A DNA stretch of 64,000 nt from Candidatus Nomurabacteria bacterium. Its GTDB lineage: Bacteria > Patescibacteriota > Minisyncoccia > Phycocordibacterales > UBA918. This document shows, in pieces, positions 8,881-17,051 of this stretch (positions are counted from its first letter, which is position 1; the number at the start of each line of letters is the position of its first letter). The stretch is from contig JACKGE010000002.1 in NCBI GenBank assembly GCA_020632155.1, positions 21,293 through 85,292 on the forward strand, in the 5' to 3' direction. A model generated the notes under the pieces. It did not search any database, was not told the DNA's origin, and saw only the letters and a program-made list of their open reading frames with translations. A program made the translations under genes and the position numbers.

Positions 8881-9720
8881 ATGACGTACGTACTTTTCGA
8901 TATTGGTGGCACTAAGACACGTGTAGCGGTCTCCAAGGACCTCAAGCAGTTTGCTGAGCCTATTTCGTTTAAAACACCCAAGAAGTTTGAAGAGGGAATA
9001 GACGCTATCGTTGAGGCAGTAAAGAAGATGGAGACAGGCCCTATTACCGCAGCTGCCGGTGGCGTACGCGGTGTTCTCTCTGAGGACCGCAGTGAGATCA
9101 TGGACGACAGCGCGCTCTCAGCGTGGGTAGAAGAGCCACTTAAAGAAAACCTAAAAAAGAAACTAAAAACTGAGGTTTATATCGAGAATGACTCAGCCGT
9201 AGTAGCGCTCGGTGAAGCGCACTTCGGGGCAGGGCAGGGGGCTGACATCATGGTCTACCACACCGTCAGTACCGGTGTTGGTGGCGCTAAAATAGAGCAA
9301 GGCCACATTGATAGTTTTTCTGTTGGGTTTGAGCCGGGGAAGCAGATACTCGACATAGACCGCACCATTCTTGGTGAAGATGTCTTACCGACATTGGAGA
9401 ACCTTGTGTCTGGTACGGCCCTTGAGGCACGTACGGGTGTAAAACCGTACGAGATACCGCAAAGCGATGCTGTTTGGGATCAGCTCGCATACTACTTGGC
9501 CCATGGCCTCCGCAACTCTGTTCTGTACTGGTCACCAGATGTGATTGTACTCGGCGGTTCGATGATAGTCGGCGATCCACGTATTTTGCTGGACGATATC
9601 ATCAAACATACGCAAGCGGTATTAGGGGAAGAGGTGCCGTGTCCGCTACTAAAGGATGCGGAGTTAGGTTCAGTAGGTGGACTCTATGGCGCCATGGCCC
9701 TCCTTGAGCAGCGAACCTAA
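8881..9720 (+). CDS. ROK/BadF-type sugar kinase (glucokinase/N-acetylglucosamine kinase-like)
   Basis: N-terminal LFDIGGTKTRVAV ATP-binding motif of ROK/BadF-type ATPases. Confidence 0.65.
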   Translation: MTYVLFDIGGTKTRVAVSKDLKQFAEPISFKTPKKFEEGIDAIVEAVKKMETGPITAAAGGVRGVLSEDRSEIMDDSALSAWVEEPLKENLKKKLKTEVYIENDSAVVALGEAHFGAGQGADIMVYHTVSTGVGGAKIEQGHIDSFSVGFEPGKQILDIDRTILGEDVLPTLENLVSGTALEARTGVKPYEIPQSDAVWDQLAYYLAHGLRNSVLYWSPDVIVLGGSMIVGDPRILLDDIIKHTQAVLGEEVPCPLLKDAELGSVGGLYGAMALLEQRT

Positions 9721-9747
9721 TATCACTTCATCTGCTTTGTCAGTCTG

Positions 9748-9798
9748 CAAAAAATGAAGCTCGCTGGACTCATTCGTCCCACTCGCTTCATTTTTCTT
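9748..9798 (+). terminator. Intrinsic terminator after the sugar kinase gene
   Basis: 11-bp perfect stem aaaaatgaagc/gcttcattttt followed by a T run. Confidence 0.6.
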
Positions 9799-10067
9799 GC
9801 CTTCCTCACATCTAAAGCAATCTTAGGTTCGCTAAAAATAAAGAGCGACCGAAGTCGCTCTTGAAAAGAAAATCGGGCGCCTCAAGGGACTTCTTCCTTC
9901 TCCTTTTTTAAGGGACGTATACCTTTCGGTGCGGAACGTATATCCATTCGGATACCCGAAGCCAAACTATATCACAAAGAAACAAGATTATCTAACACTG
10001 GCAGAAATGGCAGGGGAGGGTATACTAAGAACTACTGACTATAAGCTACTAACTAATCACTATTTAT

Positions 10068-10841
10068 ATGCCTTGGATACCACTAATTGTTGTAGTTATT
10101 CTCATTCTCTCGTTCTTGCGGGAGGTGAAACAGTATGAGCGGGGAGTTGTCCTCACCATGGGTAAATTCACCGGTATTCGTCAGCCGGGATGGAGTATTG
10201 TGGTGCCGGTCTTTCAACGCATGATGAAGGTGGACCTGCGCGTTAAAGCAGTAGACGTACCGGACCAAAAGGTCATCACGCGTGATAATGTCTCTGCTAG
10301 CATCAATGCCGTTATCTACTACAAGGTATCTGATGCCGCTAAGGCCGTGCTTGAGGTAGAGAACTTCTACTTTGCAGTCTCGCAGCTGGCACAGACCACC
10401 ATGCGTAACATTGTCGGTAGCGCTGAGCTTGATGAAGTGCTGGCTGAGCGCGAAAAGCTCTCACAGAAAATAAAAGAGATTGTGGACGCGGAGACCGACA
10501 ACTGGGGTATCAAGGTGGAGAATGTTGAACTCAAAGATTTCTTCCTTCCAGAAGACATGGAACGCACCATTGCCAAGCAAGCCGAGGCGGAGCGTGAGCG
10601 CCGCGCGGTCATCATCAAGGCAGAAGGGGAGGTGGCAGCAGCGGAAAATATGGCCAAAGCAGCCGGAATCCTCTCTGGTTCAAGCGGCGCCCTTCACCTA
10701 CGTTCCCTTCAGACCCTTAACGACCTTTCTTCTGACCAATCGAACACCGTTATCTTTGCAGTACCGCTTGAAGTCCTGCGCGCATTTGAGCGTTTAGGAG
10801 TTGAAGTGCCAAATAAAAGTCAAAATAACGGCCAACAATAA
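10068..10841 (+). CDS. SPFH/Band 7 (stomatin/prohibitin-like) membrane protein
   Basis: N-terminal TM helix; the QYERGVVLTMGKF...IITRDNV...AVIYYKV SPFH core; coiled-coil C-terminus. Confidence 0.85.
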   Translation: MPWIPLIVVVILILSFLREVKQYERGVVLTMGKFTGIRQPGWSIVVPVFQRMMKVDLRVKAVDVPDQKVITRDNVSASINAVIYYKVSDAAKAVLEVENFYFAVSQLAQTTMRNIVGSAELDEVLAEREKLSQKIKEIVDAETDNWGIKVENVELKDFFLPEDMERTIAKQAEAERERRAVIIKAEGEVAAAENMAKAAGILSGSSGALHLRSLQTLNDLSSDQSNTVIFAVPLEVLRAFERLGVEVPNKSQNNGQQ

Positions 10842-10884
10842 GGCTTTTATAGACTATTGACACATAGAAAATACATGGCATAAG

Positions 10885-10913
10885 TTGACTTTATGCTGGT
10901 TTCGTGCTATACT
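10885..10913 (+). promoter_or_regulatory. Sigma70-like promoter TTGACT-N17-TATACT
   Basis: Near-consensus hexamers with 17-nt spacing, about 95 nt upstream of the 11007 ORF. Confidence 0.5.
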
Positions 10914-11006
10914 TGCTCTGCAAGCGGCGATGTGCCGTTTTTTGTTTGACTAAACGATTTGTCAGACAAATTTGTTAGATAAGACCATTGGCTTATTATA
11001 TCCTCA

Positions 11007-11438
11007 TTGATCTCAGCTGTTCTTGCTGTTTCCGGAGTTGCTACCAGCGTTGATACGCAAGTAGCCTACGGACAGATCACTACACAAGTAGACGAGAAGA
11101 GCGAGATCGCTTCTGCAACCGCAGGTAATACCGAGCTCGCTGTCCGTGAATACTTCAGCGATATTCCGGTAATGATCGAAGTTGCTCGCTGTGAATCGAC
11201 CTTCCGCCACCAGTTGGCTGACGGTTCGATCCTTCAAGGAAAAGTTGACCCTGCTGACACTGGTGTCATGCAGATCAACAAACGCTTCCATGAAGCCGCA
11301 GCCGCTAAGATGGGCCTTAACTTGGATGATCTTTACGACAACATGGCCTACGCCCGTCATCTCTATGAGAAGCAGGGAACACAGCCGTGGAGCGCATCGT
11401 CACCATGTTGGGGTCGTACTCTGGCATACAATAACTAA
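11007..11438 (+). CDS. Secreted lysozyme-like/transglycosylase-domain protein (SLT/Rpf-like); TTG start
   Basis: Signal-like N-terminus; ARCESTFRH...GVMQINKRFH resembles the catalytic Glu plus GLMQ motif of lytic transglycosylase/Rpf domains. Confidence 0.45.
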   Translation: MISAVLAVSGVATSVDTQVAYGQITTQVDEKSEIASATAGNTELAVREYFSDIPVMIEVARCESTFRHQLADGSILQGKVDPADTGVMQINKRFHEAAAAKMGLNLDDLYDNMAYARHLYEKQGTQPWSASSPCWGRTLAYNN

Positions 11439-11441
11439 TAC

Positions 11442-11469
11442 AAAAAACGCCCCTCTGGGGCGTTTTTTG
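11442..11469. terminator. Bidirectional intrinsic terminator
   Basis: aaaaaacgcccc-tct-ggggcgtttttt. Confidence 0.75.
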
Positions 11470-11483
11470 TATATGGCAAGAAA

Positions 11484-11873
11484 CTAGAGTTTCCAGCCTT
11501 CACCCGGCCCGTAAGCGAGGGTATAAAGGAGGCCACCAACGATAGCTAGATTTTTAAGAATACTAATACTATCGGTTGGATTTACATGGCCAAACCAAGT
11601 AGCAGCCAAGGTAAAGACAATCAGGGCCATCGCCGCCTGCTCAGTTCGAATACCGAGCATAAGCGCGCCACCGCCGACAATTTTGACCGCCAAAACGACC
11701 CAGACCATAAGACTGGCAAGGGGTACGCCAGCTGACATAAAATAAGCGGCTGTATTACCGGTGCCGCTCATAATCATGCCAACTGCGGAGTATACGAATA
11801 AAAGACCGATGAGCATACGCCCGACCATGGTGCCGTGGGTTCGCATCATGGCCTTGTGTGATTCGCTAAGCAT
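11484..11873 (-). CDS. DoxX-family membrane protein
   Basis: About 130 aa with 4 TM helices and a DoxX-like layout. Confidence 0.6.
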   Translation of the reverse strand: MLSESHKAMMRTHGTMVGRMLIGLLFVYSAVGMIMSGTGNTAAYFMSAGVPLASLMVWVVLAVKIVGGGALMLGIRTEQAAMALIVFTLAATWFGHVNPTDSISILKNLAIVGGLLYTLAYGPGEGWKL

Positions 11874-11949
11874 AGTGTAGACCTATTGAATAAATCTGGG
11901 AGGATATTCCCGTATAGATTAGTATACCCGCACTCCAAACCTTTACAAT

Positions 11950-12474
11950 ATGCTAATTTGCACATATTCATCTCACAGAGGTTATACTAGGCATATTATG
12001 GCTGATACACAAACAGGGCAGGGGTACTGGATTATGAAAAGCGAACCAAGCTGCTACTCTATTGATGACCTCAAGCGAGACAAAAAGACCATGTGGGATG
12101 GGGTGCGGAACTATCAAGTACGCAATATGATGCGTGACCAGATGCAGGCAGGGGACTTGGCGCTCTTTTACCACTCGAGTACCAAAGAGGTGGGGGTAGT
12201 GGGTGTTATGGAAATAGTGGGGAAGGCGTATCCGGACCCCACTCAGTTTGACCCAAAAAGTGACCACCCAGACCCGACCTCAGACCCAAAGAGCCCACGC
12301 TGGCTGTGTGTTGATGTGGCGTTTAAACAGAAGTTTCCGCAGGTAGTTTCATTAGAGCTGTTAAAAGAAAGCAAACCGTTACAACAGCTACAGATTCTAA
12401 AGCGGGGAAATCGATTATCAGTCACCCCAGTCACCAAAAATGAGTTCGAGTGCATTCTAAAGATGGCAGTATAG
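11950..12474 (+). CDS. EVE (PUA-like) domain protein
   Basis: YWIMKSEPSCYSIDDL...WDGVRNYQVRNMMRDQMQAGDLALFYHS EVE signature. The start is probably at 11998 (MADTQ). Confidence 0.8.
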   Translation: MLICTYSSHRGYTRHIMADTQTGQGYWIMKSEPSCYSIDDLKRDKKTMWDGVRNYQVRNMMRDQMQAGDLALFYHSSTKEVGVVGVMEIVGKAYPDPTQFDPKSDHPDPTSDPKSPRWLCVDVAFKQKFPQVVSLELLKESKPLQQLQILKRGNRLSVTPVTKNEFECILKMAV

Positions 12475-12477
12475 ACT

Positions 12478-13269
12478 ATGAAAATAGGTTTTTTTGATTC
12501 CGGTTTGGGCGGTATCGTCATTATGAAAGCGGTTGCAGCCGCCTTACCGCAGTATGACTATGAGTTTTATGGTGACACCTTAAACCTACCGTTTGGTGAT
12601 AAAACCGAGGAAGAAATATTCAAACTTACTAAAGCCGGCATGGAAGCACTTTTTGCTAAAGATTGTCTTATTAATATTGTGGCATGTAACACCTCATCTG
12701 CAGAATCAATGCGCAAACTCCAAGACACATTCTTGCCAGCCGGGTACCCTGATAGGCGTATTTTGGGAGTCATCATTCCGGCAGTAGAGGAGCTTATCGA
12801 CAAACAAGCCAAGAAGGTTATTTTGCTCGCCACTAAACGTACGATCGAGTCTGGTAAGTATGAACGTGAGCTCAAAAATCGACATCATGAGAAGGTAGAA
12901 CTCTATGGAGTTGCCACGCCGGCCCTTGTGCCACTGATTGAAGCAGGAAATATTGAAACGGCCACAAAAGAAGCAGCAAGAGTACTTTTGGACCTGATGG
13001 CCTCAGTAGGGGAGGTAGATAGTGTGGTTTTGGGATGCACCCACTACACGCTTTTGCGCCCAGCCCTTCAGCAGGCTTTCCCTGAAGTGACATTTGTCTC
13101 ACAAGACGAGTTTGTGCCGCATAAGCTAGAGGCTTACCTTACAGCTCATCCGGAGCATGAACAAAGACTCAGTCGGGGAGGGACGCGAAATATACAACTG
13201 ACTCAAGACAGACAAGATTATGATCAGATCATTGCCGAACTTCTAGGAGGGGTTTATTTACCGCAGTAG
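12478..13269 (+). CDS. murI: Glutamate racemase
   Basis: FDSGLGGIV and VACNTSSA motifs. Confidence 0.9.
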   Translation: MKIGFFDSGLGGIVIMKAVAAALPQYDYEFYGDTLNLPFGDKTEEEIFKLTKAGMEALFAKDCLINIVACNTSSAESMRKLQDTFLPAGYPDRRILGVIIPAVEELIDKQAKKVILLATKRTIESGKYERELKNRHHEKVELYGVATPALVPLIEAGNIETATKEAARVLLDLMASVGEVDSVVLGCTHYTLLRPALQQAFPEVTFVSQDEFVPHKLEAYLTAHPEHEQRLSRGGTRNIQLTQDRQDYDQIIAELLGGVYLPQ

Positions 13270-13288
13270 GGCGCTGTTCCCTAAAATA

Positions 13289-13324
13289 GTATAAGAGTCG
13301 CACCACTAGGGCACTTCCTTATAC
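13289..13324. repeat. Hairpin gtataag...cttatac; its 5' arm gtataagagtcgcac recurs as a direct repeat at 13352-13367
   Basis: Direct inspection of the sequence. Confidence 0.5.
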
Positions 13325-13371
13325 CTAATTCGAGCTAGACGCTCTCATAAGGTATAAGAGTCGCACAATAT

Positions 13372-13420
13372 ATCTTTTGCGAAGTATAAATAATGCATTT
13401 ATTTATACTTCGCAAAAGAT
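13372..13420. repeat. Perfect 22-bp inverted repeat with a 5-nt spacer (atcttttgcgaagtataaataa-tgcat-ttatttatacttcgcaaaagat)
   Basis: I checked every base pair of the arms: 22/22 complementary. Confidence 0.9.
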
Positions 13421-13423
13421 GAC

Positions 13424-13468
13424 GCCATTTCGCGACCCCTAGGCTTAGGGTCGCGAAATGGCTTTTTA
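13424..13468. terminator. Strong terminator-like hairpin with a 15-bp perfect stem (gccatttcgcgaccc / gggtcgcgaaatggc), a cctaggcttag loop and a T run
   Basis: Direct inspection; A and T runs on both sides. Confidence 0.7.
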
Positions 13469-13910
13469 AGACAGTAAATAATGTGTTGCAAACAGAGATA
13501 TTGATATTGTACGATGAGTGCCTGCCAATGCTCACGTCGTACAACGCTCTTTATACAAAACAGTATCTACGGTTGTTTCAGATCACATTTAAATAATTTT
13601 TTTCAGAGTTTATAAACACTGAGTTTGTAAACCTTAAATTTTGACGTCACAGAATCGATTCTAAGGCCTTCGAGTGTAGCTGCGCGATACAGTACTCATG
13701 TCGTTAGGTTTTACTAATGAAGAATTACTTCGCGTGAGTTCGGATTTGATTGCTGACTTAGCTCATCTGAATATCAGACAGTCATTCTTTCTAGCTCGTG
13801 TACATGCTGTACAGGTGGCTAACTTTTTGTTAACACTTTGCTGTGCACGTTGTACTTGAATACTAAAAAGCCTGATCGTTTGATCAAGCGTCGCAAAATA
13901 TTCAGTTTTT

Positions 13911-14110
13911 TGTGTCGTACTGCCAAACTTTTCTTCTTACAGAAACTGTACACCTTGTCGATATTTTACTTCAAGTATTCCTAAAATATCGGGCAAGGTC
14001 TTGTGTCGTGCTCCCAGACTTTTCTTCTTACAGAAACTGTTCAGGTTGTCAGATTTTCTGTTCGCATTGCTCAAGAAAATCTAGGCAACCTCTTGCGAAG
14101 GTCTCCCAGA
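13911..14110. repeat. Tandem ~91-bp units: two good copies (13911-13990, 14002-14080) plus a degenerate third. Each has a ~45-nt conserved segment followed by a 9-10 bp hairpin whose stem sequence differs between copies.
   Basis: Conserved segments tgtgtcgtactgccaaacttttcttcttacagaaactgtacaccttgtc versus tgtgtcgtgctcccagacttttcttcttacagaaactgttcaggttgtc. Following hairpins cgatatttta/taaaatatcg versus agattttct/agaaaatct. Confidence 0.75.
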
Positions 14111-14121
14111 CCTTCTCACCC

Positions 14122-14144
14122 AAAAGCCCGCTGAGCGGGCTTTT
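14122..14144. terminator. Intrinsic terminator hairpin (aaaagcccg-ctga-gcgggctttt), probably for the minus-strand M23 peptidase gene
   Basis: GC stem flanked by A and T runs, about 130 nt downstream of the 14275 stop. Confidence 0.65.
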
Positions 14145-14274
14145 GTGTGGGTAAGTTCCTACGATGCACTGCATCGCACTTACATGATAGCAAAATTTTG
14201 ACTTCTCCCCTGCTCTATCCACGGGTTTATCCCCAGAATCTTAAGCAATAACACATTAATTTATAATGTCAATC

Positions 14275-15576
14275 TTAGCGTGGAGGCAGATAATCAAGTG
14301 GGTTAAGGTACCCCTCGATCGCAGAAAATGGCGAATACGCAGCGCCACAACCAGTAACTGCCTTGAATTCACTAAATTTTTTGACTTGCACTGCTTCACT
14401 TACGTAGAGTGTGTAGTGGAGGTGTGGTCCCGTAGAGTAGCCCGTGTTACCACTGTATGCCACCACGTCCCCAGTGTTTACTTTTTGCCCAGGGCTGACT
14501 GCGATGTGACTAAGGTGCGCAAAAAGAGTCGACAGACCATTTGGGTGGTCTATAAGTATCCATTTACCCCACGAGTAACAACCAGGGACAGCATCAGTGT
14601 TGCCGGTAGCACGAATGGTGCCGGTCAGCGGCGCGTAGACCTTAGTACCAACCGGTGTACCGAGATCTATTCCGTTGTGTTTGCTGCCATTGTACGCGCC
14701 AGAAAGAGCAAACTTTGTATACCCAAAGTATTGTGTGATGACAACGTTATCAAGCGGCCAACGAAAGACAGCTGTACCCGGAGTTGGAATCTTGTTTGGA
14801 TCGAGAATGAATTGAAGTTGTGACTCAATGTCCTGCACTTCCTTGATAAGTTGCTCACGCGCCGCCTTACGCTCAGCGAGCATTGCTTGGTACTCAGCCT
14901 CCTCATTGCGGGTTTCAGTAAGTAATTGATCTTTTTCTGCCTTATTATTCTCAAGTACCGCGTGTTGACCTGAGTACTGTGCCTTAAGGTCAACGAGAGC
15001 GTCACGTTCGTCAGTTTCTTGCTTCTTTTTTCCGCCCAATTCTTCACGTAACGTTTGTAAAGCATCTACTTGCTCCGACATGCTGTTGCGCACTGTCTCT
15101 AAACTATCAACTTCATCCCAGAACTCTGCCAAGTTATCTTTACTGAGCAGTATCTCAACAAACGAATCGTTGTCACTTGAATAGAGACGGCGAAGTATCT
15201 CGCTAATCGCTTGTTCGTTTTTGGCAATACTTCGCTCTGTATTGCTGATCTCAAGTGTTAGTTTGTTGATTTCAAGGTCGGTGCTACTGATCTTATTTTG
15301 CGTGTAATCAATATCCGCTAACACTTTTTTTCGTTCAAGATTAAGACGGTAGATAGCGTCTTGTAGAGTCTTTTTTTCTGCCCCAACTTCACCAAGCGCA
15401 CTCTCAAACTCTTTGATCTCTTGTTCGATCTGGTCTAACCGCTCGTTTTTTTCGTTGATCTGATTTTGTAGTTTGGTTATCTCGGCGCTTTGTGCTGACA
15501 CAAAAGAAGGGCCGACTGTAAGCATCGGAAAAATCAAAAGCCCTAATATAAAAGCCGTGAGACGTTGTACTCTCAT
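14275..15576 (-). CDS. M23-family peptidase with a long N-terminal coiled coil (EnvC/LytM-like murein hydrolase activator)
   Basis: Signal peptide, extended coiled coil, then HNGIDLGTPVGTKVYA ... GNTGYSTGPHLHY M23 motifs. Confidence 0.8.
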   Translation of the reverse strand: MRVQRLTAFILGLLIFPMLTVGPSFVSAQSAEITKLQNQINEKNERLDQIEQEIKEFESALGEVGAEKKTLQDAIYRLNLERKKVLADIDYTQNKISSTDLEINKLTLEISNTERSIAKNEQAISEILRRLYSSDNDSFVEILLSKDNLAEFWDEVDSLETVRNSMSEQVDALQTLREELGGKKKQETDERDALVDLKAQYSGQHAVLENNKAEKDQLLTETRNEEAEYQAMLAERKAAREQLIKEVQDIESQLQFILDPNKIPTPGTAVFRWPLDNVVITQYFGYTKFALSGAYNGSKHNGIDLGTPVGTKVYAPLTGTIRATGNTDAVPGCYSWGKWILIDHPNGLSTLFAHLSHIAVSPGQKVNTGDVVAYSGNTGYSTGPHLHYTLYVSEAVQVKKFSEFKAVTGCGAAYSPFSAIEGYLNPLDYLPPR

Positions 15577-17051
15577 TACCCTGCTATTTTAGCACAGGCT
15601 GTAGCTACTCGTTTTTGCGTTTCCTCCGGTCCGAGGATATAGGCGCACATAAAGGGGTCTGGGGAGCGTTCTTTGCCAGAAAGCGCGACCCGAAGAGGCC
15701 ACAGCACTTCCCCTCTGCCGATTTCCTCAGCATAACCCCAGAGGGCGTTTTTGACTGCTTCTGGACTAGAAAAATCAGTAGTTTCAAGTAGGCCCAGTAC
15801 GTGTTGTAACCGTGACTTAGCTGCGTGTACTGAGTCATCATTTTTCCACTTGAGTAACTCCGGGTCGTATGATGGTTCCTTAAATAACCAATCAAACTCC
15901 CCGGCTGCAAAAAGTTCACGTAGCTCAACTAGATTATGAATACGTTCAATGATTACTGGCACTGCTCGTGCAAGGCGTTCGTCAGAATACTGTGGTGCGG
16001 TTGTAACGGAATCAGGCAGACCCTTGGTCACATAGGCGGTCTGCGCCTCTCTACCGAGTTGTTTTAAGTGTTCACTGTTCATCCAGCGCAACTTTTCTTC
16101 GTTGAAAGCACCACCAGAGCGCTGGATTTTTTCAAGAGAAAAAACACTAGCCAACTCATCCTCAGTAAAGAACAGTTCTTGTTCCCCGCCAGGGTTCCAA
16201 CCGATAAGCGCTAAGAAGTTACAAAGTGCTGATGGCAGATAGCCATCTTTGGCGTAATCAAGGGTGTCTTTTGCCCCGTCTCTCTTACTCAACTTCTTTT
16301 TGCCGTCTGGACCCATTATTGGAGGCAAAGTAGTAAATATAGGATGTTTTATTTCAAGCGCTTCATATAGGCTCAAAAACTTTGGTGTGCTAGATATAAA
16401 CTCATCAGTACGAAATATGTGTGTGACACCCATTTCTAGGTCGTCGATAATATGAGCAAAGTTGTAGGTCGGAAAGCCGTCGGCTTTCATAATGATAAAG
16501 TCATCAAGAGCCTCTTCGCCGGCACTAAGCTGACCACGCACCACGTCGTGCCACGTGTAGCGTTTTAGTTCGGACACTTTAAAGCGTAGTGTAGACTGAC
16601 CGTCCCACGTTTCAAATTCTTTTGGCCGGTGTTCTCGCACTAAAAAAGGACGTCCCTCTGCTTGCGCTTTATCTCGTAGTGCGTCTAGCTCCTCTGCAGA
16701 ACGTGTGTCGGGGTATGCCAATCCTTTTTCTACCAGTCGCTCGGCGTATGATTTGTAGGTCGCTAATCGCTCAGATTGCAAACAGCTGCCGAAATCAGGG
16801 CTTGGTTTGTCGGGTCCGTATTCCCAACTTATTCCAAGCCATGAAAGAGAGCGCATTATCTGCTCGATAGAACCGGCTACCTCCCTTTTCTTGTCGGTAT
16901 CTTCGATGCGTAGAATAAACTGCCCACCATTCTTTTTAGCCCACAAATACGCAAACAGAGCGGTCCGTACACCGCCGATATGTAGAAACCCTGTCGGTGA
17001 CGGGGCAAAACGTGTGACAACTTTATTACTCATGTTCTCTTCCAATGCCAA
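15576..17051 (-). CDS. gltX: Glutamyl-tRNA synthetase
   Basis: FAPSPTGFLHIGGVRTALF (HIGH) and KLSKR (KMSKS) motifs. Confidence 0.9.
   Translation of the reverse strand: MALEENMSNKVVTRFAPSPTGFLHIGGVRTALFAYLWAKKNGGQFILRIEDTDKKREVAGSIEQIMRSLSWLGISWEYGPDKPSPDFGSCLQSERLATYKSYAERLVEKGLAYPDTRSAEELDALRDKAQAEGRPFLVREHRPKEFETWDGQSTLRFKVSELKRYTWHDVVRGQLSAGEEALDDFIIMKADGFPTYNFAHIIDDLEMGVTHIFRTDEFISSTPKFLSLYEALEIKHPIFTTLPPIMGPDGKKKLSKRDGAKDTLDYAKDGYLPSALCNFLALIGWNPGGEQELFFTEDELASVFSLEKIQRSGGAFNEEKLRWMNSEHLKQLGREAQTAYVTKGLPDSVTTAPQYSDERLARAVPVIIERIHNLVELRELFAAGEFDWLFKEPSYDPELLKWKNDDSVHAAKSRLQHVLGLLETTDFSSPEAVKNALWGYAEEIGRGEVLWPLRVALSGKERSPDPFMCAYILGPEETQKRVATACAKIAG

Noticed and set aside
10842-11006. ydaO-type c-di-AMP riboswitch upstream of the Rpf/SLT-like hydrolase
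   Set aside because: Only about 95 nt lie between the promoter -10 and the start codon. That is too short for the ~120-150-nt ydaO fold, and the characteristic pseudo-symmetric ACGGGGAG/ CCCGAAC elements are not seen.
13335-13544. 69-aa minus-strand ORF in the long non-coding region
   Set aside because: Overlaps the 22-bp perfect inverted repeat and the 15-bp-stem terminator, so the apparent coding capacity is a by-product of palindromic sequence.
13911-14154. 80-aa ORF (13912-14154) and CRISPR-like reading of the ~91-bp tandem units
   Set aside because: The ORF crosses the repeat units in shifting frames (the period 91 is not a multiple of 3) and has no SD. The units are ~57 nt plus a variable hairpin, not repeat-spacer architecture; only 2.5 copies.
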